The position numbers and the translations under genes are program-made. Of a stretch of 64,000 nt of DNA, positions 11,062-20,690 are shown one piece after another. The notes below the pieces were generated by a model. It saw only the letters and a program-made list of their open reading frames with translations. It was not told the origin of the DNA and did not search any database. Every line of letters begins with the position of its first letter. Within the stretch, counting starts at the first letter, position 1. The DNA comes from an uncultured candidate division Zixibacteria bacterium (lineage in GTDB: Bacteria; Zixibacteria; MSB-5A5; GN15; FEB-12): positions 864,001 to 928,000 of the forward strand of contig CAVTJJ010000004.1 in the NCBI GenBank assembly GCA_963735035.1. Reading direction: 5' to 3'.

Positions 11062-12114
11062 TTAGACGTTGAACCGGAACAAGATAACGTCGCCGTCCTG
11101 TACGATGTAGTCCTTGCCTTCAAGGCGATGTTTCCCGGCCGCCTTGATGGCGGGCATCGTCTCGAAGCGGTCGTAGTCGGCGTAGGCTACAATTTCGGCC
11201 CGGATAAAGCCACGCTCGATATCGGTGTGGATAACGCCGGCCGCGTGCTGGGCGTTAGTCCCCCTGGTGATGGTCCACGCGCGCACTTCCGGTTCGCCGG
11301 CAGTCAGGAATGAAATCAAGCCGAGCAACGCATACGATCTTTGAATCACCAGTTCGGTGGCGGGGGCGCTGATTCCGAGCTCGTCCATGAACGACCGCCG
11401 GTCCTTTTCTTCCAGGTCGACCAGTTCGGCCTCGACACTTCCAGACATCACTACCAGTTCGCGGCGCCCGGGGCTGACCAGTCCGGCGTGATGACTCAGC
11501 AGGGCAGCTCCTCCGGCGAGATCCTTCTCGGCGATATTCAGCACGATCAGGAGCGGCTTGAGTGATAGAAACTTGAATCCGCGCAACGGCTTGAATTCTT
11601 CTTCGGAAAAATCCAGATCGAGGAGCGGCTTTTCTTGATCGAGCGCCTCAAGACACCGCTTCATCAGTTCGAGTTCTTTCTGGCCGGCTTTGTCGCCGGT
11701 CAGCTTGGCTTTTCGTTCCCGCTTCTCGATGGCGCTGTCGATGAGAACGTGATCCAGCAGAATCATTTCTTCGACGAGGGCGCTCATCTCGGCTTCCGGG
11801 CGGGCGTCGGGGGAGAAAGCGTCCACGACCATGAGGAAAGCATCAGCCTGCCTCAGGTCGTCACTGATCTCGAGCGCGCCACTCTTCTTGCCCTGTCCGG
11901 ACAAACCGGGGGCGTCGAGGAACTCGATGGTAGCAGGGGTAATCTTTTTCGGGTTGTTCAGTTGGGCCAGACGGTCGAGACGGGAGTCCGGGACTTTGAC
12001 CAGAGCCCGATGGACCGTCTTGCTGAAATCGCCGACTGTGGCGTGTTGCCCGGCCGCCGCGTTGAAGACGGTCGTCTTGCCCGATTGTGGTTTGCCTATA
12101 ATAGCCAGTTTCAT
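11062..12114 (-). CDS. ychF: YchF-family ATPase (Obg family, DUF933/TGS C-terminus)
   Basis: VKVPDSRLDRL, LGLISFLTAGEPEVRAWTI, AGVIHTDIERGFIRAE, RLEGKDYIVQDGDVILFRFNV. Confidence 0.93.
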   Translation of the reverse strand: MKLAIIGKPQSGKTTVFNAAAGQHATVGDFSKTVHRALVKVPDSRLDRLAQLNNPKKITPATIEFLDAPGLSGQGKKSGALEISDDLRQADAFLMVVDAFSPDARPEAEMSALVEEMILLDHVLIDSAIEKRERKAKLTGDKAGQKELELMKRCLEALDQEKPLLDLDFSEEEFKPLRGFKFLSLKPLLIVLNIAEKDLAGGAALLSHHAGLVSPGRRELVVMSGSVEAELVDLEEKDRRSFMDELGISAPATELVIQRSYALLGLISFLTAGEPEVRAWTITRGTNAQHAAGVIHTDIERGFIRAEIVAYADYDRFETMPAIKAAGKHRLEGKDYIVQDGDVILFRFNV

Positions 12115-12164
12115 AGGCGCGCATAGTAGCGCATTTCAGAGCGATTCACAAGTGGGATTGAAGG

Positions 12165-13373
12165 TTACTTCCAGAGCGATTGGACGAGACCGGACATCGA
12201 GAAGAGAGCGCGCGGGTCAGCGGTTTCGGAGGCCAGACCGGCCAGTTGCTCCTGCAAGTGCGGGCTGTTGCGGATTCTTCGGGCCACCAGATCGACCGCC
12301 CAAGGCCGCGAGAACCATTTCTCGGCGATTGTATAGCCGAGATATCGAGGGCGAAGTTCGGTTTCGACACCCGTTGGGTACTCGTTCAGGGCTGATAGAT
12401 CGCCGAATTGAAGCACGCGTTTGATTGACTCAGCCGCAATCAACGCCGACTGCATCGCCTTGCCGATCCCTTCGCCGGTGAACGGAAAGGTGGTGCCGAT
12501 GACTTCGCCGATGCAGACCACGTTGTCTTTGACGATCTGACGCCAGCCATCGAGGCCGCACCGGAATGGCGCGCCCTGAAAATCGCTGACAAGGCGTCCT
12601 CGTGCGGCAACTTCACGGGCGATTGGAAAGTTGGCCAGAAATGATTCGGTGGTGGCGCGAAGGTTATCGCTGGGTTCGTTCTCCTTGCTGAACAGATGGC
12701 CACACCCAACGTTGAATAGATTCTTCTCCACGCGGAACACCCAGCCGTATCCGGGCAGAAGCGAACGATCGTATGAGAGGACGTTTTCTTCGAGCGGGTA
12801 GTCCGATTGGATATAAGCCCGCATCGCCACGGCGCTCGGGGCGCGACGTTCGATCAGACCGAGTTTGTCAGCCAGATGCACCGACGCTCCTGTGGCGATT
12901 ACGACTACCTGGGCAAGCAACGGCTCGGTGCGCTCTTGCACGTACACTTCGGCAGGACCTTTCGGCGATGCTTTGATGTCCACGACTCTGGCTTTGGCGA
13001 AAGTCGCCCCGGCTTCGATCTCCGCCTGGAGCAGCACCTGGTCGAAATCGCGACGCTTGATCCCGAGGTATTCGCAGCGGATCAGGAAATCGATTCGGCC
13101 AGGGCTGAAAACGCGGATGCCTTTACTGGCGAGGGCGAGCGGGCGGATGCGTTCGAGCAGGCCCAGTTGGGCGAGGACCTTGAGCGAGTCGGGGAGAAGT
13201 TGGTCGCCGCAGATTTTGTCGCGGGGGAAATCGAACTTGTCGAGAACGAGGACACTGTGTCCGGCGCGGGCGAGGGCAAGGGCACACACCGCCCCGGCCG
13301 GTCCGGCCCCGATGACGATGGCGGGCCAGGGGTGGCTGATTGGATTCCCCGCGTTCACTGCGAAATCATCCAC
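12165..13373 (-). CDS. Geranylgeranyl reductase-family FAD-dependent oxidoreductase
   Basis: GAGPAG, FPRDKICGD, PGYGWVF, PFTGEGIGKAM. Confidence 0.9.
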   Translation of the reverse strand: MDDFAVNAGNPISHPWPAIVIGAGPAGAVCALALARAGHSVLVLDKFDFPRDKICGDQLLPDSLKVLAQLGLLERIRPLALASKGIRVFSPGRIDFLIRCEYLGIKRRDFDQVLLQAEIEAGATFAKARVVDIKASPKGPAEVYVQERTEPLLAQVVVIATGASVHLADKLGLIERRAPSAVAMRAYIQSDYPLEENVLSYDRSLLPGYGWVFRVEKNLFNVGCGHLFSKENEPSDNLRATTESFLANFPIAREVAARGRLVSDFQGAPFRCGLDGWRQIVKDNVVCIGEVIGTTFPFTGEGIGKAMQSALIAAESIKRVLQFGDLSALNEYPTGVETELRPRYLGYTIAEKWFSRPWAVDLVARRIRNSPHLQEQLAGLASETADPRALFSMSGLVQSLWK

Positions 13374-14219
13374 TCACTTCACCAATGACCGCAATACTTT
13401 CAGGTTTTCGATGTCCTCAGTCACGTCGTCTTCCTTCGGTGTCTCCAGAACCATCGGCACCTTCGCGAGTCGTTTATCGTTCACAAGATTCCGGAACCCT
13501 TCCAGACCGATATGTCCCTTCCCAATATGCTCGTGCCGGTCCTTTTTCGAACCGAACTCTTTCATGCTGTCGTTGACATGCACGACCCGAAGACGCTCCA
13601 GCCCGATGATCTCATCGAACTGCTTCATCGTCTTCTTATAATCTTTCGGGTCGATTATCGGATACCCGGCCGCAAAGATGTGACAGGTGTCGAGACAGAC
13701 CCCCACGCGCGCCTTGTCTTCGACCTTGTCGATCATATAGGCCAACTGTTCGAAAGTGCAGCCGAGATTGCTTCCCTGACCGGCCGTGGTTTCCAACAGA
13801 AGCATGACTTTGCCATTCGGAATGGCGGCGAAAATCTTATTCATGTTTTCGGCGATCCGGTTCATGCCCGGTTCTTCGCCCGTGCCGACATGCGATCCCG
13901 GATGAAACACCAGGTTGGGGATCTTCAGCGTTTCGCATCGCTCGACTTCTTCTTTGAGGGCCAGATACGACTTCTCGTTCAAGGCCGGGTCGGGGGAGGC
14001 GATATTGATCAGGTAGCTGGTGTGCGACACCGAAGCGGTCACGCCGGTCTCTTCGATCTGGCGGAAGAACTCGTCGATTTCCTTCGTCCCGAGCGGTTTG
14101 GCGCGCCACTGGTTGCTCGATTTGTTGAACATCTGGACCGTGTCGCAGGTCGCTTTCTGGCCGAGGATGATGGCGTTGAAGACACCGCCGGCGATTGATT
14201 CATGGGCTCCGAAAATCAT
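13374..14219 (-). CDS. nfo: Endonuclease IV
   Basis: GAHESIAGG, HTSYLIN, FHPGS, LETTAGQGSNLG, CLDTCHIFAAGY, HVNDS, DRHEHIG, LETP. Confidence 0.97.
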   Translation of the reverse strand: MIFGAHESIAGGVFNAIILGQKATCDTVQMFNKSSNQWRAKPLGTKEIDEFFRQIEETGVTASVSHTSYLINIASPDPALNEKSYLALKEEVERCETLKIPNLVFHPGSHVGTGEEPGMNRIAENMNKIFAAIPNGKVMLLLETTAGQGSNLGCTFEQLAYMIDKVEDKARVGVCLDTCHIFAAGYPIIDPKDYKKTMKQFDEIIGLERLRVVHVNDSMKEFGSKKDRHEHIGKGHIGLEGFRNLVNDKRLAKVPMVLETPKEDDVTEDIENLKVLRSLVK

Positions 14220-14408
14220 ACTGCCTCTTTGTTTTCACACGCGCTTTGTTCTTGATACGCAACAAACATAGACCAAGTCGAGTTCAAACACAATTGGGTA
14301 GAAACCACTTTCTGGTCTCACGGGGCAGGCTAGGCGACGGGTGTGGCGGATGTGTGGAACTTCTTTATGAGATCTTGGCCCACCGCTGTTCATTCCGCAA
14401 GAAAGTAC

Positions 14409-14436
14409 TTGACAAAATCCTCTCCCCGCATAGACT
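14409..14436 (+). promoter_or_regulatory. sigma70-type promoter for the 14715-18453 cluster
   Basis: TTGACA-N16-TAGACT. Confidence 0.5.
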
Positions 14437-14714
14437 TAGAGCGGAATCAATAGTGATGGCGCCAGAGGGCAGTTCCTCTTGAAAGGCGCCGGGGTTCGAT
14501 TTAATAAGTTGGTATAGACGAAGTGGGCTCTTCTCGCTAGGGATCGGGTGACTGGACCGAACATCGGTTCGTTTCCCGTGTGGAATTTGTGCACTGTGCG
14601 GAGCCGAGGGAGCCTGCATAACAGAGGTGCATACTCTTATGTTGCAAGCACGCCCGCGCAATTCCTCACAATTCGCGACGGGGCAACCGCAACCCTTCAC
14701 CGCATGGAGGATTC

Positions 14715-14792
14715 ATGCTCTACTGGATGCTCAAGTTTGGGGTCGTTATTGGCCTCTTCCTGCTCGATCACCCGTGGGGCGGCGACTACTAG
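14715..14792 (+). CDS. Putative 25-aa hydrophobic small peptide MLYWMLKFGVVIGLFLLDHPWGGDY
   Basis: Strong RBS GGAGG just upstream; followed by hairpin CCTCCACC/GGTGGAGG; below the ORF-track cutoff. Confidence 0.4.
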   Translation: MLYWMLKFGVVIGLFLLDHPWGGDY

Positions 14793-14858
14793 TCGCTCCT
14801 CGTTTCGCCTCCACCGGACACGCTGGTGGAGGTACCTACACTTGAAAGCAGGGTAGAT

Positions 14859-15716
14859 ATGGGCGGAATTCGCACGCGCGTCGCGCTGAAGACAAACACA
14901 ATTGTTATTATAGCAACTATGGTTGTCATGGCGTTGCTCCTGTTGGCGCCGATCGCCCGGGCTCAGGATGATGGGCGGAATAAGAGAGGCTGGGATGTAG
15001 ATATGAGCGAGCCTCCGCCGCCTGGCAATCCACCGAACCCGTCCAAGAAGCCGCTGAGTAATATCAGACCTTTCGCTTTCCTATTCTATCAGCCTTGCGA
15101 GCCTATGGGTGATAGGTTGGGCAACTCTGGAAGATGGTCGTTCGACATCTTGAGCGCTTACACATCGGTTGGATATGAGCACAGCGAGTCTGACTCACTA
15201 GTCGTTATAAAGCTGCAGCCGCGAAGCAGGGTCACACAGGATGCGCGAATCTGTTTTCCTGCGAAGCCATTTACTTTGCGCGTAATTCTTGTCCGAGATA
15301 CCGCTGTGTTCCAGATGGATTTGACCGCTGGGACGTTCGTCTACATTGACACCTCGAGGCTTTTACGCGTAGAGTCGCCGAAAGCAATTCCGGATGGCAT
15401 CGTCACAATGCAATTGACGGATAGTGATAAAGAGAGGGCCAGGGATTTCGCGAAGCAGGTCATTGAGAAATATGGCTCAGGTGTTGAACAATTTGTGCTT
15501 AGCGAAGGATATTATCCGTGTTTGCCCACACCGGGCATTCAGCGCACAAATATTGGCCGGAAGCAACTGCTCAATGAAACTGAGCAGGGATACCTTGTTT
15601 GTTTCCAGATAGTCGACCAGTCCCAGATGGCAGCAGTATCTACGTGGTTTGGAGAACAGCAGCTCGATGAACTCAAACGGGCAGCCAGTGAGCAGATTGG
15701 GATGAAAGGAAGGTAG
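14859..15716 (+). CDS. Secreted hypothetical protein (paralog A)
   Basis: Signal peptide ending IARA, Pro-rich linker; similar to the next ORF. Confidence 0.7.
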   Translation: MGGIRTRVALKTNTIVIIATMVVMALLLLAPIARAQDDGRNKRGWDVDMSEPPPPGNPPNPSKKPLSNIRPFAFLFYQPCEPMGDRLGNSGRWSFDILSAYTSVGYEHSESDSLVVIKLQPRSRVTQDARICFPAKPFTLRVILVRDTAVFQMDLTAGTFVYIDTSRLLRVESPKAIPDGIVTMQLTDSDKERARDFAKQVIEKYGSGVEQFVLSEGYYPCLPTPGIQRTNIGRKQLLNETEQGYLVCFQIVDQSQMAAVSTWFGEQQLDELKRAASEQIGMKGR

Positions 15717-15760
15717 CTACGAATACAGGCGATCAACGGGACTGCGGTTGTTCGAGCTTG

Positions 15761-16519
15761 ATGATCATGAAGCTCAGTCTCTTGGTCAGTATAATGCTGG
15801 TCTTTGGAATATCTGCAGCGCCTGTCGATCTTCAGGACAATAGCCGCGCAAGAGTCCGTGTTCCCGATGTCCAGTTAGTTCCGGCGCCGCCCGTGACCTG
15901 TAACAACTTTGAAGTAGTTGTAAACCAGAATTGCACGACCGGTGCAATGCAATTCATCGTCCGATGCGAACAGAATCTTGCCCCTTATGAGTCCAACGTG
16001 TCGGGAGATACGGTCTACGTCTGTTTGCTGCGTGAAGGAGCGCCAATAACGCCGTTTTCCGTACAGGTGACGGCAGATGTCGAGCGGCCGATCAGAATCT
16101 TCCCCTTATGCGTGGTCTTCGAGAACGATACGGTATGGTACGCCTTGGATTACAGTGCCGATTCGATCCATGTAGAGCAGATTGATGGCGGAGGATTTGT
16201 CAGAGTCCGGACCGCTTCCTCTTTGCCGGTTGGCACGTTATCGGAATATATAGTCTGCGCCAGGAAGGCCGGTCCGACGGACATCCAAAGAAAGATCAAG
16301 TCTATTAACGAGAGACTGAAAGGCATCGGGCGGTGTGTTGTTCTTCCACCCGATTTCTATCGATGCTTCGCCGAGCGAGTCGATACAACCCAACTGGCCC
16401 GGAAAGAGATGATTAATCTGATTGGAGCGCAAAGGGTGATCTTCATTGAACTGCAACAACCCAATAATGAGTCTCGCGAACAGGCGCTTCGCATTATCAG
16501 CGAAGTCAACGGCCGGTAG
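15761..16519 (+). CDS. Secreted hypothetical protein (paralog B)
   Basis: Signal peptide MKLSLLVSIMLVFGISA; collinear motifs shared with 14859-15716. Confidence 0.7.
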   Translation: MIMKLSLLVSIMLVFGISAAPVDLQDNSRARVRVPDVQLVPAPPVTCNNFEVVVNQNCTTGAMQFIVRCEQNLAPYESNVSGDTVYVCLLREGAPITPFSVQVTADVERPIRIFPLCVVFENDTVWYALDYSADSIHVEQIDGGGFVRVRTASSLPVGTLSEYIVCARKAGPTDIQRKIKSINERLKGIGRCVVLPPDFYRCFAERVDTTQLARKEMINLIGAQRVIFIELQQPNNESREQALRIISEVNGR

Positions 16520-16550
16520 ACAATATTGCGATGTGCCGAGGTGACAATGT

Positions 16551-17654
16551 ATGAGACGGGCTTCGGAAATTGAGACGTTTCTGGAACAGATATTCCGGCC
16601 GACGGCAGTGTTTGGTGCCAGGGTTCTCACTCCGTTGGCCGCTCGCTTCAGAATTCTTCCCTGGCCGCAAATGACAATCTGGAGGCGCTATTGCCGATGG
16701 TTGCTTGCCGACGAAGTATCAAACGCCCGCGGCCTGTCTCAACGAGCATCCTATCAGAGAATAGTGATTTCCGCCCAGGTGGGAATCGGGCTGGTGGCGG
16801 CTATAATTGTCCTGATTGGTTATCTCCAACAACCGGAAATGGTGTCTCTTATGACCCAGCAACCCGTCACCCTTTGGAACCTGCGCGTTCCGGATAAGTC
16901 TAAGGCGGTCGCCGAATCATATCCAGGTGCCAGGCACAATATACCTCGCGATGAAAGACGAAATGGGTTTCTCGGCTTCGTGAACCTATCACCACAAGAG
17001 ACAAACCATGTTCCTGTGCCACAGGCACCGGCCCTTTCGGATATCTATAGGACTGAGCCCGACACTACTTTTCTGGCTGACCAGCCGGTTTCCTATTCGC
17101 CGTTCGACGGGGAATTGGATACAGTAATCATTCCGGCGAATGCAGTGTACCTTGATTCTCAGTTTGAACCGGCCCTGGCGCTGATAAATCAACCGCCATA
17201 CATAGTGAACAAGGAGGACCCGGCGTTTCCAGAAATATATCGGATGGACACTCTCATCGAGGGCTTTGTGTCTTTCACTGTGTCGATCGATGATCATGGC
17301 AAGATGGCTCGATTCGTACCAGTGCTTCCTGAAGGCAAGGCGCTTGACACGGTTTGGTACTTTGTCCAGGCAGAGTTCATTCGAGGCGGAAGAGCTAGTA
17401 GGGATGGTACTCGGACTTTCGGCGAATGGAAGATTGCTCACGACACTTATTTTGCGAGGAATATCGAAAAAGTCATACGGAATTGGGTATTTGGGCCCGC
17501 ACTTAAGGATAGTCGTCCCGTTAGTGGAGACTTGACCCTGGCCTACTACTTCTGCCTTGAATATCCTGATTGCGCTGAATTGACGCTGGATGCTATGATC
17601 GGTGAATTTGCTACCACGCTCAAACAAGTTCCCCGAGGAGATCGTGGGAAATGA
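16551..17654 (+). CDS. TonB-like energy transducer (single TM anchor plus TonB C-terminal-like domain)
   Basis: TM VGIGLVAAIIVLIGYL; PPYIVNKEDPAFPE...IEGFVSFTVSIDDHG...VIRNWVFGPALKDSRPVSGDLTLAYYF. Confidence 0.7.
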   Translation: MRRASEIETFLEQIFRPTAVFGARVLTPLAARFRILPWPQMTIWRRYCRWLLADEVSNARGLSQRASYQRIVISAQVGIGLVAAIIVLIGYLQQPEMVSLMTQQPVTLWNLRVPDKSKAVAESYPGARHNIPRDERRNGFLGFVNLSPQETNHVPVPQAPALSDIYRTEPDTTFLADQPVSYSPFDGELDTVIIPANAVYLDSQFEPALALINQPPYIVNKEDPAFPEIYRMDTLIEGFVSFTVSIDDHGKMARFVPVLPEGKALDTVWYFVQAEFIRGGRASRDGTRTFGEWKIAHDTYFARNIEKVIRNWVFGPALKDSRPVSGDLTLAYYFCLEYPDCAELTLDAMIGEFATTLKQVPRGDRGK

Positions 17655-18453
17655 ACAGCGATTTGCAGCGTCGCTACCAACCGAACATGCTTCTTGGCCA
17701 CCTGATCGTGGCAGGCCTTGCGGTCGCCCTGGCGCTTGGCCTGAAATTCCAAGGCGAAGATCAGGTGACCATTCCCGTCACTCCGCGTACACTTGCTGAC
17801 CTCATTCAAAGTGATCGGCTTCGGGCTGAAGGTCGGGAGGGGAGACAAGGCAGCGTACCGGGATTCAGTGGGGGATTTTTCAGGAATCTCGTGACTATTC
17901 CAGATGGGTCGGTTGAGGTGACGCATTTCACTGTTCCGTCACCCGTTGTGTCTATTGCCGCACTATCGCCGGTTATGCTGGATAGTGGTCCGGTCCTGAA
18001 CGAAGGCCCTGAATTTGGCAAAGGTTCAGACGATGGTAATTACGGGTTCCCAGAAGCGTCTGTCGCGTACGCGGGATTGTCAACGAGCTCGGGAATCTAT
18101 GACTATCCCCGAACGTACCGTCACTCCCCCAAAGCCCGATCAGTTGGCCGTGATCAGTGACTTTGCGGATCCCATACCACCACGAAAAGCGCGGGGCGTG
18201 CGAGGCTCGGTTCAAGTCCAGTTTACCATTACTGAACAAGGTGAGCTCCGGAACTTTCGTCGTCCTGGCGGAAGACCCAAAGGGTCTGGGTCTGAGCCGG
18301 GCGCTTATCCAGCGACTTAACGATTGCAGTGTCTTTCCTTGTGTGAAGGGTGGTAAGAACGTGCCAACCACAATTACTTTCACGTATGAATACGGGACGA
18401 CTGGCGCTCAAGCGTTGAGCGTGACCGGAGATGTCAGCCTGACGATGCGGTAG
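17651..18453 (+). pseudogene. Second TonB-like protein with two +1 frameshifts (pseudogene or sequencing error)
   Basis: Removing one C at 18107-18110 and one T at ~18256 joins the three ORF pieces: ...DYPERTVTPPKPDQ...GVRGSVQVQFTITEQGELRNFVVLAEDPKGLGLSRALIQRLNDCSVFPCVKGGKNVPTTITFTYEY. Confidence 0.7.
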
Positions 18454-18647
18454 CAGATTCCCATTTCGAATCGGGGGGCAATTTTCACTGACAGCCCCTG
18501 TCAGTGCGTAATCTTATCCTGGCTGTCAAAGGGCGAGGCGTGGCGGTTTTCGGATCGGTCAGGCGGCTCGGTTCGAGATCACCACGGCCCCGCCCACTAG
18601 TAAGAGAGAAAGCGGTCTGAAGCGACGTGCCCGGCCCGCCGGCATAA

Positions 18648-18672
18648 GTCACCCTGAGCCTGTCGAAGGGTG
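18648..18672. repeat. REP-like repeat GTCACCCTGAGCCTGTCGAAGGGTG
   Basis: Identical 25-mer at 49663-49687; degenerate inverted copy near 18702-18725. Confidence 0.75.
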
Positions 18673-18785
18673 CCTGCGAAACGGCCATGAGTAAGGCCTC
18701 GACCCTTCGGCAAGCTTAGGGCAGGCGGAGCTCAGCCTGACTTGGCGGTCGATGCCACTCTTGGTAAGATACCATAGGAGCGAAT

Positions 18786-19205
18786 ATGAAAACCAATATC
18801 ATGATTCGGGATACCGAAATTGCCGTTACAAAAATTCTGGGGCTTATTACCGAAGGCTATTCGTACAGCCAGATTCTCGACGCCAACCCGAAACTGATCA
18901 TGAGTGATATCATGGCCGCCGCCGAACTGGCCCGTCAGGTGATCGACGGGCTGAAAGACGATCAGGATCAGATCGAGATTCATCACGAAATCCGTTTTGC
19001 CTTTTCCCGCGGACAGTTCCTGACAATGGCCAAACTTCGCGAAAAACACCCGCGAGCGTACGTCGAATGGACCCCCCGCGAAGACGAGCGTCTGGCCGCG
19101 ATGTACCAGAAGGGGGCGACCGTCTACGATATCGCCAAACAGCACCAGCGTCAGCCGGGGGCGATTCATGCCCGACTGGTGCGTCTGAACCTGCTCAAGG
19201 AATAG
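18786..19205 (+). CDS. DUF433-like HTH protein with a second C-terminal HTH-like domain
   Basis: RBS AGGAG; ILGLITEGYSYSQILDANPKLIMSDIMAA and WTPREDERL...DIAKQHQRQPGAIHARL. Confidence 0.7.
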   Translation: MKTNIMIRDTEIAVTKILGLITEGYSYSQILDANPKLIMSDIMAAAELARQVIDGLKDDQDQIEIHHEIRFAFSRGQFLTMAKLREKHPRAYVEWTPREDERLAAMYQKGATVYDIAKQHQRQPGAIHARLVRLNLLKE

Positions 19206-19477
19206 ATGCTCTATTCATCTTCAATGTTCTCGGTAGCCGGTGTGGGGAGCGTCCCATACCTGTGGGTGGGTACCGACGAAACCCCAATAGTATTGTATAA
19301 GCCGATCTATCGGGTACCCCTCTGCGATTTCCGTCAAGTTCACTGAGGGAGGGCAAGCTGTTTGAGCCCAGCACGTTAGCGTGGCGAAGTTCCCTGCATA
19401 CATATAGCGCTGCAGTCCGGCAAGCGCTTTACTTACCCCCTCATGGAAAATAGGCAAACGATTCAAAGGATCAGCAT

Positions 19478-19843
19478 ATGAAACTAAAGGTTCGGTTCAA
19501 TCAGCGCGGTATCTCGCTGCTGGAAGTGATGGTCGCAATGATCCTGACCAGCTTCTCACTTCTCATGCTCCTGCACATGGCGATGATCGCGCTGGACAGT
19601 AACGACTGGTCCAACAAAACGACGGTGGCCACCCAGGTCTTGCAGGAGAAGCTGGAGCAGCTTCGGGGCGGCGGAGCCGCAGTCCTCAACAGCGGGTCGG
19701 ACACGACCCAGGGACTGACGCGCACGTGGACGGTTACTACGATGAACGCCCACTTACGGCGAGTGGACGTTCAGGTGGCGTGGAATAACATCAATGCCGA
19801 GCAACACACCAACACCCTTACGGCGTATATCACGACCGAGTAA
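19478..19843 (+). CDS. Type IV minor prepilin, PilV-like
   Basis: Class III signal NQRG|ISLLEVMVAMIL; RRVDVQVAW. Confidence 0.88.
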   Translation: MKLKVRFNQRGISLLEVMVAMILTSFSLLMLLHMAMIALDSNDWSNKTTVATQVLQEKLEQLRGGGAAVLNSGSDTTQGLTRTWTVTTMNAHLRRVDVQVAWNNINAEQHTNTLTAYITTE

Positions 19844-19857
19844 GTATAGAGGTAGTC

Positions 19858-20676
19858 ATGAACACCCTTATGATATCTTTGAGAAATGAACGGGGGACGT
19901 CGCTGCTCGAAGTCTTGATAGCTCTGGCCCTAACCGGCATCGTCACGCTGGCTATCATGAACACCTACGTTATCCAGCACGAAAACTATCTGGTGCAGGA
20001 TGACGTAACCACGATGCAGCAAAGCGCGCGGTCCGCGATCGACGAAATTACGCGCCAGGTCCGCATGGCCGGACATCACTTACCGATCGGATTGTCAGCT
20101 ATCGAGGCAGCCAACTGCAACCCGGACACGCTGACGGTCTCATATCATGGTAACGACTGCGAGACTTATCTGTCGGCTACCATGGCTACGACCACGGCGG
20201 AATTAGCCTGCGGCTCGGCGGTGAGCTGTTTCTCGGCCAACCAGTGGGTCTATATCTGGCAGCCGGACTCGGCCAAGGGCGAGTGGTTCCAGTTGTCCGG
20301 AGTTCAAACGGGCACCAACACCCTGCAGCATGCCACGGCTCCGTTGAGTCGCAAGTACGAGACTAATTCCCAGATACTGGCGCTCAATCGGGTCAAGTTC
20401 TACATCGACAACACGACCAACCCGGCCAACCCGACACTTATGGTCAAAGTCAACTATGACGAGGCCCAGCCGTATGCGGACCATGTTACGGATCTTCAAT
20501 TCCGCTACAAACTGGACAACGGTACCACGGTCGATGTCCCGCTATTGATTACGGATGTTCAAGAAGTACAAATATCGGTGACGGCAGAGTCCGGTCTGGT
20601 ACAGACCGGAGATCAAGCGACTGTCAAGGACCGAACCTATTCGTCTTCGGTCAGTCTTAGGAACATCGGCGTTTAA
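19858..20676 (+). CDS. Type IV minor prepilin, PilW-like
   Basis: NERG|TSLLEVLIALAL; MQQSARSAIDEITRQVRMAG; ends SSVSLRN. Confidence 0.88.
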   Translation: MNTLMISLRNERGTSLLEVLIALALTGIVTLAIMNTYVIQHENYLVQDDVTTMQQSARSAIDEITRQVRMAGHHLPIGLSAIEAANCNPDTLTVSYHGNDCETYLSATMATTTAELACGSAVSCFSANQWVYIWQPDSAKGEWFQLSGVQTGTNTLQHATAPLSRKYETNSQILALNRVKFYIDNTTNPANPTLMVKVNYDEAQPYADHVTDLQFRYKLDNGTTVDVPLLITDVQEVQISVTAESGLVQTGDQATVKDRTYSSSVSLRNIGV

Positions 20677-20690
20677 CTGGAGAGTATACG

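Noticed and set aside
14790..14859. TAG readthrough joining the 25-aa ORF to the in-frame downstream gene
   Set aside because: The downstream gene has its own signal peptide and start, and TAG is used as an ordinary stop elsewhere in the window
19440..19477. Possible c-di-GMP-I riboswitch (GGCAAAC) upstream of the pilin genes
   Set aside because: Only the first motif is present; no GNRA stem or second stem before the start codon
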